Origin: Cirrosporium novae-zelandiae
Taxonomy: Eukaryota
DNA length: 64,000 bases
Assembly: GCA_026023565.1 (NCBI GenBank)
Contig: JAPETS010000003.1
Location: 186,001 to 250,000, forward strand
Direction of reading: 5' to 3'
Position 1 is the stretch's first letter, and each line of letters begins with the position of its first letter. Shown here piece after piece: positions 25,701 to 36,262 of this stretch. The position numbers and the translations under genes were made by a program. The notes below the pieces were generated by a model, which worked only from the letters and a program-made list of their open reading frames with translations, had not been told where the DNA came from and ran no database searches.

Positions 25701-27126
25701 TGAAAATACCATCAGTGAAGAACCAAACTCTGTTTCGTCCGTGAATTCTCGACTGGCCGAGTCTGACCAAGGGGAGCAATCACCGTCTTTGCAACAAGCA
25801 AAGAAGAGGAGCGCTTCAATTGAGACAAGTGAGCCTGGGTCTCCATTTTCTTCCAGAAACGCAAACAGGGACCAAATCAGGATTCACATACGCACCCCTT
25901 CGAAACCACAGGAGAGCTCTTTTCATCCCCTAAGGTCCGCAAGGCCGTCCGCTACACGTCCAGAAATCAGTCCACTCCAGCCGGCATTTCATGCTACAGG
26001 CTCAAATAGGTCATTTCCCTCTTCAAATTCAAAAGGTCCTCTCTCACCAGAACTTCAACTTGAACAAAAGATTAGCTCCATTCTTGACACTATCCACGCA
26101 CCCATCAGGCTTACCACTGGTCCTGAATCTGATGCTCCAGAAGTACGGAGCGCCCAAAAGAAGTCCTTGTTATCTACACCACGTATCCCTCCAGCTCTAG
26201 GAGCCAGACGGGCGTCCTCGGCAACTACCCCTACACTCACACTTGCACCGGCTTTCAACAGAAAGTCTAGCATGCGTTCCGGTGGCGATCAGAATATTAA
26301 GCTCTACCACCTCCAGCAACCTGGCAGAGAAGCACCCATCAAGCTATTCATTCGCCTCGTTGGAGAAGAAGGGGAGCGCGTAATGGTTCGCGTTGGTGGT
26401 GGCTGGGCCGACCTTGGTGAATACTTACACGAATACGCCATCCATCATGGACATCGATCTCTCTCGGAAGGAAAATTTGAAGTCAAGAATTTGCCGACTC
26501 CTGAAGCGGCGTCTACAACAAGTACACCTTCCGTAGCCATGTCTGATGGCAGAAGAACACCAGCTAGCCGACCAGCATCTGCATTAGAATTCCGATCCAA
26601 CTCTTCTCTAGGGTTAAGAAGACCACGAAAATCGATAGGTGCTTTCCCCGAAGAGCCTACCACTCCCACCGACACCATATTTGACCAACGTCCTACGTCC
26701 TCATGCTCATCGACATCTTATCGCAACTCCATATTCGCCTCATCCGCTACCTCGGACACACTAGCCGCGAGTCCAGGTGCGCCCTTCCGTTCCTCCTCTC
26801 GCCTTTCATGGGCGGACGTTGGGGAGTCACCACCTCAGCCTCTTGGCCTCGCAGGTCCCAAAAGCAAGAAAAAGGAGATTTCAAGAGAAAAACAAGCATG
26901 GGTGGATGGTATGATCGGGCAAGCAAGGAAGGCCAGCGGAGCCATAGCTGCCGAGAGGGAGAGAGCAATGGAAAGAGACAATCCAAGGCGGAACTCGGCA
27001 GTTGGGTCTTGGGGAAGAAGGTCAGTCGCAGAAGGTAGCATAAACGGGGACAAGACATGGGGGAATATGGGGAAAGTAGGCGGCACCAGAAGAATGTGGC
27101 CCAAGGGAGAAAGGGACGCAAGCTGA
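22792..27126 (+). CDS. GAS2 (GAR)-domain cytoskeletal linker-like protein, 1444 aa
   Basis: Long single ORF: helical N-terminal region, disordered Ser/Pro/Glu middle, and a GAR signature near the C-terminus (IKLYHL…PIKLFIRLVGEEGERVMVRVGGGWADLGEYLHEY). Confidence 0.88.
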   Translation: MSISTGSKMPRPRSLILSPTPRSISISSDVIFQTHSRSSSRGGSPSRLRPSAIYELDPLLGKLSPSHTLEALTATEAVIVTNGSRDQSAIRNSIAHAPEAERALAIRAALTGKKLKEWCTELMDWPWPGGYGNNDNGFKPPDGITTVEEEGEKQNIPYLGSLPADTVDHYEERIAEIEQDMDDLEVEELKDHARLSHSRPSSAHNEIDPPSFPGSYVQLTDFTAIITATILQALPCLSRLILLLDTWLTRISILRQVPELLFGLEEARKALESAWNAISNTVLPGTPPLDRKAFNVIRSVLEDRVSSLGRCLDSMLDALEGSQDTLPDTWTDEMEKIEDDYGNWVVEAERIVLGAEWGILLNDIRDMGNEPEKPDPQGTAEDPDSGSQDLPITASVEVDALESQPVKSLDDSEIPEKPQTITGLSVIPQSPASQNDLPSSGFESTIHDAKYPPTSIEGKCNGEADVQSESIDQAIGQHQTANNDQVQYPSNSQSSNTLDALENLGFQDQAVDKSLPEVKTSEVTPSPPKDNVLENIDMLQVQPGSMETSSSDSRIPQRIDNFPLTPSKEPLEVVDLPELVSQGIPQVDIEEPHQASESAAPNMVLHPSPSLQELSQYLGSGDNQTPIYDRPSLTRASSNTFPVEQEPNMVSEPPIARDIHLLAPETDIKTHSTTNELVSTGLIVDSPLPSPKDPSFENRAQDQPDSTSLEEEQSNIDPKHPNSLESPKHNDTMVNDKKVDQQHEHPAEPDSIPSAHDLSSPIKLKAYSPKAEPQVDNDANTLPQEPIANGNSIEGIAASYVPEAEKQDDIDLFEGPKTSISISTSSPRSRDSTSDSQSSILDTPESVIHHTPLQLRNGRSVASQWFVESPRRPRTSRSEAAMGLESFDKIPTRYSDLETRDDLSAKPFQYSMNAVSNSSPIEEDHQARDHSPASEIDSRDERNTTSTEIDFASQNKNGDRNWVYPTSLDLENTISEEPNSVSSVNSRLAESDQGEQSPSLQQAKKRSASIETSEPGSPFSSRNANRDQIRIHIRTPSKPQESSFHPLRSARPSATRPEISPLQPAFHATGSNRSFPSSNSKGPLSPELQLEQKISSILDTIHAPIRLTTGPESDAPEVRSAQKKSLLSTPRIPPALGARRASSATTPTLTLAPAFNRKSSMRSGGDQNIKLYHLQQPGREAPIKLFIRLVGEEGERVMVRVGGGWADLGEYLHEYAIHHGHRSLSEGKFEVKNLPTPEAASTTSTPSVAMSDGRRTPASRPASALEFRSNSSLGLRRPRKSIGAFPEEPTTPTDTIFDQRPTSSCSSTSYRNSIFASSATSDTLAASPGAPFRSSSRLSWADVGESPPQPLGLAGPKSKKKEISREKQAWVDGMIGQARKASGAIAAERERAMERDNPRRNSAVGSWGRRSVAEGSINGDKTWGNMGKVGGTRRMWPKGERDAS

Positions 27127-27689
27127 ATGAAAATGGACCAACAGGCCTGGAGATGACGGTGATGAGTTTCAAGGAGGGGAGGGAGGGAGGATGGAACGGA
27201 AGGAAGGTCTTGGAGTTCCATGGATTTATTCAAAGGGACAAGTATTAACCGGGGCATTACTTAACATGCACACACACACATGACGGGGATTTGGGTGGGA
27301 GGAAGGCATCGTGATTTTTTCTTCTTGAATTATTAGCGAGGCATTTGTTCCCCCTTGGCGTTCATTACTACGTTTTTCTCAGTGTTTATTTTTTTTTGTT
27401 CTGATTCTGATTCTGATTCTGATTCTCGTTATGGTTGGGTTGGGTTGGTTGGCTGGTTGATTGGTTGGTTTTTGGGGGGCCACATGGGATGTATGTGCCA
27501 CCGACCATCACCAAGGAAAGGCAAGGCAAGACAAGACAAGACAGAAAGAAGATACCATTGGGATGCACACACACACGCACGCATATGCACACACGTTCAT
27601 ATTTACATTTACATTCAAATTCACACACAACACGCGTACAGCACACCGCACACCACAAACACATACACACACACATACACAGCAGGCAG

Positions 27690-27726
27690 TCCATCCATCC
27701 ATCCATCCATCCATCCATCCATCCAT
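27690..27726. repeat. (CCAT)n microsatellite in a low-complexity island that also has (CA)n, (TTCTGA)n and (GGTT)n arrays
   Basis: Tandem units are seen directly. Confidence 0.9.
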
Positions 27727-27955
27727 TCCGTCCATGACCAAACTCATGCTCACATTTTCCATTCATAAAATACCCACGCCTCCCCCAACGGGACAACAAT
27801 TCCTTGTATAAATAATTTTTTTTTCCCCTTTCCCTTATTATTCAAAGTGTCATTAGTTTCTAATAATTAACATTTACCATTGATTGATATATATTTTATG
27901 TATAAGTTATTAATATAAGTGTTATAGGTATGGTCTATATAATAAATCTCAAACA

Positions 27956-28232
27956 TGTTAGAAAGGGGCCCAGCCAACAACACTTTTACTTACCTAACTA
28001 AGCTAAAAAGGACATAAGATATTATATTATATCAAAGAAAGAGGGCAGAGAAAGAAGGGATTAGCTTTCTAGTTTAGATTTTTCTATTGTAGATTCTATT
28101 TACTTTGCTAGCTATGGTATAGCTTACCTAGAGCCCTTGGTAGATATGATATTCGACACTTGGGCGGATGATAACACAGTGTTAGGATAGAGAGATATAA
28201 TAACCTAGGCTGTGCCGTAAAGAATTCTAACT
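27956..28232 (+). mobile_element. Dispersed repeat family C, most complete copy; degenerate solo-LTR-like element
   Basis: Begins TGTTAGAA and ends TTCTAACT, a near-perfect short inverted end of the TG…CA type. Three other homologous copies lie in the window. No target-site duplication visible. Confidence 0.6.
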
Positions 28233-28741
28233 GATTAAGATTTTGTGATTTATGATTACGATTAAAAGAAAGGTTTTTTTTTGGATTTGAATATTTTAAT
28301 TATTGAGTTTTTCTAATTGAAGGGTACTGTACATGTACAAGTAGTAGGCGTGTGTACTAATTAATTGATTGAGATCGTTTGACTTGAGATTCTCTCACTA
28401 ATTACTGACTGAGTGGGGCTTGTAATAAAAATAAACTGGGCTTTTTGCGATTTGAACTTCTAGCTAACCAAAACTTCTATATGTACTGTACTGTACAAGG
28501 AAGAACTGTTGAGATATGTATATATAGACTATATAATAACTATTATCATATTATAATACCATTATTATTATCATCATCCCATAAACGTTCGGATAGACGG
28601 AAGAAATCCCCCGGAGGACATAACTCTATGTACTATATAGATCTAAACCTCTAACCTCTAACCTCTCTACCCCTATTTTTTCTCTATTTTTTTTGTCTCT
28701 CTCTGGATACCATAATAGCGCCGCCTAGCTTAGCTACCTAG

Positions 28742-31309
28742 CTAGCAATCAAGAAGCGCAAATAGCAAAGCCGTTCTCCTCCAATAATCCTCGGCATTTC
28801 TTCGTAGCTTTTTCTCTTCTGTTGGTGCTAGGTTTGCTTTTTTGGAGATTGTGGATGCTGTGGTTGGTAGTGCGTCTTCTTCGTTTTCGTTTTCGTTTTC
28901 TTCCTTTTTTATTTGGGTTTCTTCGTTTGGTGGGGGGATGGCATCATTGCTGTTGCTGTTTTTTGAAATGGATAGGGCGTGTTGGAGGTAGGTGATATCA
29001 AAGAGAAGTTGGACTAGGCGTTCTCGTTCTCGTTCTTTGTTGTTATTCTGGTTTTCGTCGTTGTTTTCGTTATTTTTGTCCTCCTGGTCTAGATTCTTTC
29101 CAATAGCTTCGCAGACCCCCTTCCTCAATATTTTCTTCAATGCCAACGCCGCAGCTGGATTCCACACGTCTGCCCCTGCGTCACTCATCCCGTACACCAC
29201 ATCCCTCAGAAACCGATATGTGAACGGACAGGGTAAAACTGGAAGCGGGGTTGTTTCGCCTTCCCACAACGTAGCGAATGCCGGTATCTCTCCGTCTTTT
29301 ACTTGCGGTTTGGATGGATTGAGGAATTTGTGGGTGGAGAGGGTGAATTTATAAAGTGGTTTTGTGGAGATTGTTGTCGAGAGAGAGGTATGGAGCGATG
29401 GTATTAGGGGAGCGAAGAACGGAGAGGGAGAGGAGCTCGTGAGAGGGGTGGGGAGTGAGAAGAGGAGGAAGCGAATTGCGCGCAGGAGGTAAATGGTGAC
29501 AATGAGAGTGCTGTTTGGTGGTTTTTGGGAAGCTGTAGTTGGGGTTTCGGGGGTAATGATGGTTTTCATATGGGTGGATAAGAGGGATTGAAGCGTCGAG
29601 AAAGCGGTTTCCAGACTTGTGCGGAATTCAGACTGGAGGAGAGATGGGTCAACCTCGTTCAGGAGGCGTTCGGCGGATTTTTCGCGGCTACTATCTTCAT
29701 CCTCCTCGTCCGAGGATAGCTCTTCACCTAGAGGCATGTCCCATTTGATCTTTTGCATTTCTTGTATAAGACCATGCGTTTTTTCAATGGTTGAAAGCCA
29801 TACTTTGTAGGTGTTCAAGGTATGTTGTATCGATACATCATGTCCGTGGCGACGATCAGAAATGGCCTTCTTGAATGCTGCAGCCCCGCGGGAGAAGTCC
29901 ATGGATGAGAGAGTTGGGTCCCAAAGAGATAGGCTTGAACTACTGTGAGGACTTTCCAGTAGACCTAGAAATACCGTAGATATGCCCTCGCCGACAGAAC
30001 AAAGGCGTGAGACATCCTCTTGGATCAGACTGACAAGCCGATTGTTTACAGATTCACGTAGTTTATTGAGGATAGAGGAGGCCGGAATACCCGAAACTTG
30101 AGTGGATGAGGAGAGCCAGGCTTCAATAAGTTGCTTTCTTAGATTTGCTAGAATCTCGACATCGTTTATCTCTGCAAGATTGGAGTTTAGGCCGTTAGTA
30201 TACGTCTCGAAGGCTTGCTGAACCCATTGCTTGAGAATATTGACCGCTTGTGTCTTCTGCAAGTCGTCGTGCCGGATCCACGGAACGAACTTTTTCACAT
30301 CATTGGGGATCCAACGTTCATGGAGATCAAGGTTGAGTTCGAATATGTTTCTGACATCTGGGTCTTCGAGTAGTTGTTGGGAGCGGAGCTTCCTCAACGC
30401 ATCGGATAGTCTTCTGGGGAGAAGAGTGTGTGTATCATGTATAGTTCGAATAAACAACTTCAGGGCTCGAACAGTATTCGCATGGCCGTCTCTTCGGCGA
30501 CTAAGCTGGGCTGAAATGCTCTCTAACCGAACGTGTTGAAAATGTCGCACAACATCGGTCAAAGACGAGCTTGTGGCAAGAGAGAAAGCACACAGGGCTT
30601 CTATCAAAACCTCCAATGAAGTATTCGATCGACCCATCTGCTTGTCAACTTGAGCGAGAAGCTTTCGCCGCAACAAACCCAGCTTATTGCGGAGGCTGTC
30701 CACGAAAGGAGGGGAATCCGTTCCCTGAGAAATTAACTTGTGTAGAAGTCTCGAAATAACCAATGTTTTTGACGCAAGCAGCAGGGAGCCTCCTGTCCGA
30801 AGCAGGTGGGATATTGATGCTGTACAGCCATTGAGCACGGCGATTTGTGAAGCCAGAGCATAGCTTTTCTTATCTAGGAATCTTCCCATCAGTTGACGGT
30901 TGAGCAGAGGACAACTTCGAGCGCAGCCAACCTTTTCCAGGCATTTCATCTTTCCAGGCAATATAGTTTTCTTTTTTCTTGTCCAGGACACCGGCGTTAC
31001 ACTTTCTTCCTAGCGATGTTATATATGTGTCCACCTCTTTAATTGTAGTACTCATGTCAACTATGCGCTCTGCGGTGCCGAGAAGCTCACGGTGGCTCGC
31101 GCTATAGGACAAATAATATTAGAATCAAATGGCTGGCATAGATTGAAAATATAATCAAATCATTACCCAACCAGCGTCCTCAGCTTTTCCTTGTTGGCAG
31201 AAATATCCCCCCTCAACTGGTGCTCCATGCGCCGCACAGCAGGAATTGGGTATTGAAAGGCTTCCTCGCATGACTTGAAAGTCTTTGGATCCAATCGGTC
31301 GGTGGCCAT
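28742..31309 (-). CDS. Vps51/Vps67-domain tethering subunit, probably COG1; 3 exons (introns ~31104-31167 and ~30874-30931)
   Basis: N-terminal MEHQLRGDISANKEKLRTLVG|ASHRELLGTAERIVDM matches the Vps51/Vps67 pattern. C-terminal QLLFDITYL and AEDYWRRTALLFALL resemble fungal COG1. Confidence 0.78.
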
Positions 31310-31895
31310 TGCATCAGCTGGCAAGAAAGGCAAAGCTTTCTCTAAAGATTTTTCTAAAGATTTTGTTTGATAGTTGGCTTCTCCACTGTCGAGTGTAAAT
31401 AAGCCATACAACCCCAGACATTTTGACCTGGAACCTCGGCATGATCCGTGCTTTGTTTCTTTGTCCGCCCTACCACACACCCACGCCAACTTTGGAATGT
31501 ACCAAGTTCCCATCCCCATCAAGCCGTTTACCCCTCTGACTGTCTAACCTTACTGCACGTCTTCAACTAGTTTCACCTAATTATCATGAGTCAAACGCCA
31601 GGCTGAAAAAGGCTTCCGGGAAGATCCCCTTTGGGCAATTATGATGACTCTTGAATTCAACAACAGGCATACATCGTGTCCTCCACTCAATGAACTAGAC
31701 ATATCTTAAGGATATATGTCTGTCCGGTTCCTTTCTCCTTGACTAGACCTCTTGATTTCTCTACAAGAATACCCTCATTTTTGATACCATGACTGTTCTT
31801 TCAGCCAGTAACAACAACTAGACCAGACCCCCTCTATAAAACAATCCCAACCCATCCATTCACGCCAAAAGAGCATAACCAAAAACTCCTCTACA

Positions 31896-32609
31896 ATGCC
31901 AAAAACACGCAAACCCAAGACCAAAACCCGAACCAAACCCTCCAGATCAAAAAAACAACCTCCCCCACCAGCCACCAAAGAACCTCCCACGGAATCATCC
32001 CTAATCTGTTTCTGGACGCCCCACCAACCACACGGCATATTCTCCCAGTGGTACCCATCTACCTTCACGGTCCCCGCAACCGCCTTCTCCACCTTCCTCG
32101 CCCAGTCCCCCACCACCAACACCACCACCATCACCTTCAACTGCGCCGAACAATTCATGATGTACTGCAAAGCGCTCCACTTCTCCGACGCTGCCTCCGC
32201 CGCCTCCATCCTAGCTGCCCCGGACCCCCAAACCCAAAAAGCTCTCGGACGCCAGGTCGCCAACTTTGATGATGAGCGGTGGAAGGAGGTCAGAGAGAAA
32301 ATCGTGGAGGAGGCCAGCTGGTATAAATTCACGGTCGATGAAGCCTTGAGGAAAGGGTTGCTGGAGACGGGGGTGAGGGAGCTGGTGGAGGCGTCGCCTA
32401 GAGACCGTATTTGGGGCATCGGGTTTGGGGCTAGGAATGCAGAGGCGAGTCGTGCGAGGTGGGGGTTGAATCTGTTAGGGAAGGCATTGATGAAGGTGAG
32501 GGGGAGGATTGCTGAGGGGGAGAAGGTAGAGGCCGCCAGGGGGGAGGGGGGTAAAGAAGAGGGAGCTCAAGAGGAGGAGGGGGAGGAGGTTCCATCCGAG
32601 ACAGCTTAA
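31896..32609 (+). CDS. NADAR-family (YbiA/RibX-like) N-glycosidase, intronless
   Basis: Motifs FSQWY, AEQFMMYCKA, QKALGRQV, YKF, LLETG…LVEASPRDRIWGIGF and GLNLLGKALMKVR. Confidence 0.92.
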   Translation: MPKTRKPKTKTRTKPSRSKKQPPPPATKEPPTESSLICFWTPHQPHGIFSQWYPSTFTVPATAFSTFLAQSPTTNTTTITFNCAEQFMMYCKALHFSDAASAASILAAPDPQTQKALGRQVANFDDERWKEVREKIVEEASWYKFTVDEALRKGLLETGVRELVEASPRDRIWGIGFGARNAEASRARWGLNLLGKALMKVRGRIAEGEKVEAARGEGGKEEGAQEEEGEEVPSETA

Positions 32610-32909
32610 GAGGTAAGTTGGTATATAAAATATACAATATAGAATATAAACTTAGAAGAACACCCAAATCAATTAATCAATCAATCAACAGAAATGAAAT
32701 AAAATTAAAATACCCCCCCCCCCCCAAAAAAATCTAACCACGGACAAACATTATCATAGTGCTAGGTCATAGTCATAACCAAGTCTAGAAAGAAAAAAGA
32801 ACAAGGGAAGAGGGAAGGGGATCTTCGAACTGGAACTTTTTTTTTGAACAGCATATATATATATTTCTCTCCCAAACACTAAACCACCCAATCCCCAGCA
32901 ACAAAAGTC

Positions 32910-33833
32910 TCAATCCTTATCTCTATCTAAAGCCCACTCCAGCACACTTGGAGATATGGCCCTGAAAAACCATCTCTCTCCTCTCCTCTCCCTTCAAACC
33001 AGTTCAACAATCCCTCCTCACCTTGCCTCGCCCCCCCCCCCCTTTGACATGTCTACCGGATTCCCTTCTCCTAGACTAAAACTCTTGCTTTCTTTCCAAA
33101 AATACCATTATTTTTGGTACCTGACCCTTCTTTCAATCAGGAACAACAACAAATCTATATTTGTTTTTATGTTTTTACCCGGCCTGTCGCAACACATTTT
33201 TGAAACAACACCAATGCAGCCAGTTGATATCAAGGACCTTTTTCTAACTTGAGGAGGAGAAGAAGGGGTTTTCTGAATGGGAGAGAAAAATTTGAGGGGG
33301 GGAGAAGAAACTTTGGGGGAGTCGAACGGGTCACTATGATAGTGAGAATTTTAAGAGAGGTCGGAGGGTTCTGGAGAGGCGCCGAATCGTTTTGGAGGGA
33401 GGTGGAAGAATTATGGCGGGAGATCGGAGGGTTGCCAGAATGGGCCAGAGAGTTACTTGGAGGAGCCAGAATGAGCCAAGGAGGAGCCTGGGGGAGCCAG
33501 AGTGGAAGTTGGTATTGTAACAACCCTAGATGGCCTAGCCCGACGGTGGGGCGTGACCCGGGAGAGTGTGTGGGGAGAAGGAGGGGTGGACGAGACGTTT
33601 GGGTTAGGTTTTAAGTATTCCAGCGATGTGATAACCGCATCAAATTTTTCCATCATTTGTTGACGTCTCTCCTCCTTTCGTTTTTCTTTTGAGGATCTGT
33701 AGGCGTCCCCCCTCAATTTCGCGATAACTATCGCGACTACAGCTAAAAAAGCTGTAGCAAGGATGGATCCGCCCCCTCATGAAGCAGCACGGTCAAAATC
33801 CGACAGCACTACAGGATCCTGGATGATTGCCAT
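32910..33833 (-). pseudogene. Decayed gene relic with an N-terminal TM segment; family unknown
   Basis: ATG at 33833 is in frame with ORF 33453-33716 but interrupted by TGA at 33777-33779 (MAIIQDPVVLSDFDRAAS*GGGSILATAFLAVVAIVIAKLRGD…). Protein-like reading continues through frameshifts and more stops (KVLDINWLHWCCFKNVLRQAG*…LLNWFEGRGEERWFFRAISPSVLEWALD). Confidence 0.5.
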
Positions 33834-34093
33834 TGTGAGGTTTTGTAGGTGGAAAAAAAAAACTTAAGTGGAGGAGTTTTAATTGAAGGATTTATGTTTT
33901 AGAAACAAAAGAGTAAAATATTGAGGGATGATGGAAGGGATGTTACATATATATAGGGAAGGTAATGATATTAAACATATAGTGAATGGAAAGAATGTTC
34001 ATTCCATTCGAGGAGAAGTAGCAGAGATGGGGAAGGAAAGCCATTGTTCACCCGTTCTTACCTTTTACAGAAAAACCATTCTTGTGTAATTAT

Positions 34094-34139
34094 TGTTAGA
34101 AACCAAGAGCCAACAACAACAGCACTCTTACCCTAACTA
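34094..34139 (+). repeat. Dispersed repeat family C, 5' fragment
   Basis: TGTTAGAAACCAAGAGCCAACAACAACAGCACTCTTACCCTAACTA matches the starts of the 27956 and 60948 copies. Confidence 0.65.
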
Positions 34140-34591
34140 CGTTGTTTGAACCGAATCGGTTAGGCATTCTGAATTATCTCTTAGCTTGTTGGTGACGAAT
34201 ATAGATCTTTCCAAGTAAATAATAATAACCTATAGCGATCTCGTCTTCGTGGGAATCCGCCATCGTAAACAGATAAATCCTTTCAGATGGGGAAAAGAAA
34301 AGAGCGAGGTGGGCGGGGGGGTGTTGGATATTTATAAGGAAGGTAAGTAGTAACATCAAGTATAAATATAGTTGTGAATATGGCATTCATTCTTGAGAGA
34401 AGTAAAAAGGGGGGATGATAGATAATTCACTGTTTTTATGTCCCACATGCCAGCGGACAAAAGTGAAAAAGGGGGGGAAAGCTATATTCACTTGTTTACT
34501 TTAAAAAGTCTTCTCTAGACCTTGGTTATAAAGCTCGGATTCAGGTTTGTAGACATTCTAGTAGATGGAGTGAATATATATCTGTAATTCA

Positions 34592-34737
34592 CAGTGGTGG
34601 TGGCAATAGACCAGACCAGACCGACCAGACCGACCCCCTCTTAGTCTAGTCTGTCTATCAAAATCCGAGGCCCGGTCTAGTCGGTCTAAGGTCTATGGTA
34701 GAGACCGTCCATTCAGTCTAATCTATTCACAACACTG
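34592..34737. mobile_element. Repeat family B: small non-autonomous TIR element (MITE, hAT-like ends)
   Basis: Imperfect TIRs CAGTGGTGGTGGCAATAGA / TCTATTCACAACACTG, with subterminal AGACC/GGTCT arrays in opposite orientations. The right end recurs at 60340-60398. Confidence 0.6.
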
Positions 34738-35491
34738 GGGACTAAGACTATTAATCATTGTTATATCTTCCCCCCTTATCTGCTACCACCTATATCTAAC
34801 GTTCCATCCATATCCAACAACAATCCCACCTACAAACCCTCACCAAATTCAAGAGAACGGGGAGGACGAGACGTCCGTTGGTGAAGGCTTGAATCCGATT
34901 GGATCGGAACTTCTGTGTTACAGTCATCACGTGTAGGATCTACTCGAGTAGGTAGGTAGCAAGCAACATGATAGAGCTTACTTGAAAAAAAAAAACCAAA
35001 ACCCAGGTAAACAGTAATTTGCAACCAATGATGCCGAGTTATGCGGCTCCGGCGCTTTAATGAAAGCTAAAGAAAATTCAACAGGCGGGGCATTGCGGGG
35101 ATTAGGGCCATTGTAGGCAATGGAGAGACACGGAGAACATGGAGAACATGGGGTTTTCGTTGAGTTACATGATGATGATGCTGGCTGGGTTACAGTGGTA
35201 TGAGGGACTCATATGAATTCTCGGGGCTTCTGCGGACATCTTTTGTGAAGGGATAGCGACTAGGCTATAGATAGATAGGTAGTGTAGTAGGAATAATGAA
35301 AGCCATACTGATAATAGAATGTTCCATGCAAGAAATGGTGATGGTGAATAATGTTAGTTAAAGTTGAACGTTGGCCTACATGGCAAGGCAGCGGTCGCCT
35401 TTTTAAAACGATCTTGGCCCCTCGCCAAGCATTTTCGACGCAGCCGCCTTGGCAAAGCTTGGTATTGCTTAATGTTTTCATTGTACTCGAG

Positions 35492-35700
35492 TAGAACTAG
35501 AATAATATGACCTTCAGGAGGCCTTCAAACAAAACCAATTTTTATATATTTATAATTAATTTTTTTAGGGGTTTGGGGAGGCTTTCAATTGAATTATTAT
35601 TGAAAATTGATATTGTTTGAAGGCCTCCCTCAGGCCACTTTTCCAGGTTTCGTTTTTTGGGGGTCTGGTGGCTTTCATTTCTACCTGTCGAAAGTGCGAT
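35492..35700. repeat. Repeat family A, copy 1, containing a ~35 bp inverted repeat
   Basis: GGAGGCCTTCAAACAAAACCAATTTTT … AAAATTGATATTGTTTGAAGGCCTCC. Colinear homology to 59989-60245 and partial homology to 61746-61812. Confidence 0.85.
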
Positions 35701-36262
35701 CATGGTTGTGAAATTATATCTTCACCCCCTGGGCACACCTCAACAAATAAAAAGCATAATTAAATAATCAACTACCTAGGTAGCTAGCACCAAACAAGGA
35801 CCATCTCCTATAATCTTATCATGTTTTGATCTAATCATGTTACAATACAATATCCGAACACGAGACAACTGTAGACTAGTCTTGCGAATACGACCGAACC
35901 AGTACAACATTCATACAATATTCTCGGCCATACTATATATTATTTCTTAGTCTTCACGTCAACTCCATTATTCCTTTACTCATCACTTACCCAAAAATCT
36001 CCTCAAATGTATGACTCCGCTTATTTGACGTAATACATCAAGTGACGCGCCCCAGGTTCTTTCCTTACCTTTCAGAACGTTGCAAACCTCTCATCTCCAC
36101 TCAGCCGCAACCGTAGGATCATGATCGGCATGGGGTATTCTTGGGGCACTTGCGAGATTCGTGTACGCGATGGGTGTCATGGACCAGAGAGCACACCCCT
36201 TCTTAAACGCTGGCATTTCGCCATTCTGCTTCATCCACACCAGACGTCTATGCTATCAAATC

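Noticed and set aside
27355..27811. Five overlapping 84-137 aa ORFs
   Set aside because: Products of stop-free microsatellites (CA, CCAT, GGTT, TTCTGA).
28645..28668. AACCTCT x3, and CCCTAA-containing units near 49391-49416, as telomere relics
   Set aside because: Too few and too degenerate for interstitial TTAGGG arrays in a window already rich in short tandem repeats.
31775..32419. 214-aa antisense ORF over the NADAR gene
   Set aside because: Explained by extreme base skew; all conserved motifs are on the + strand.
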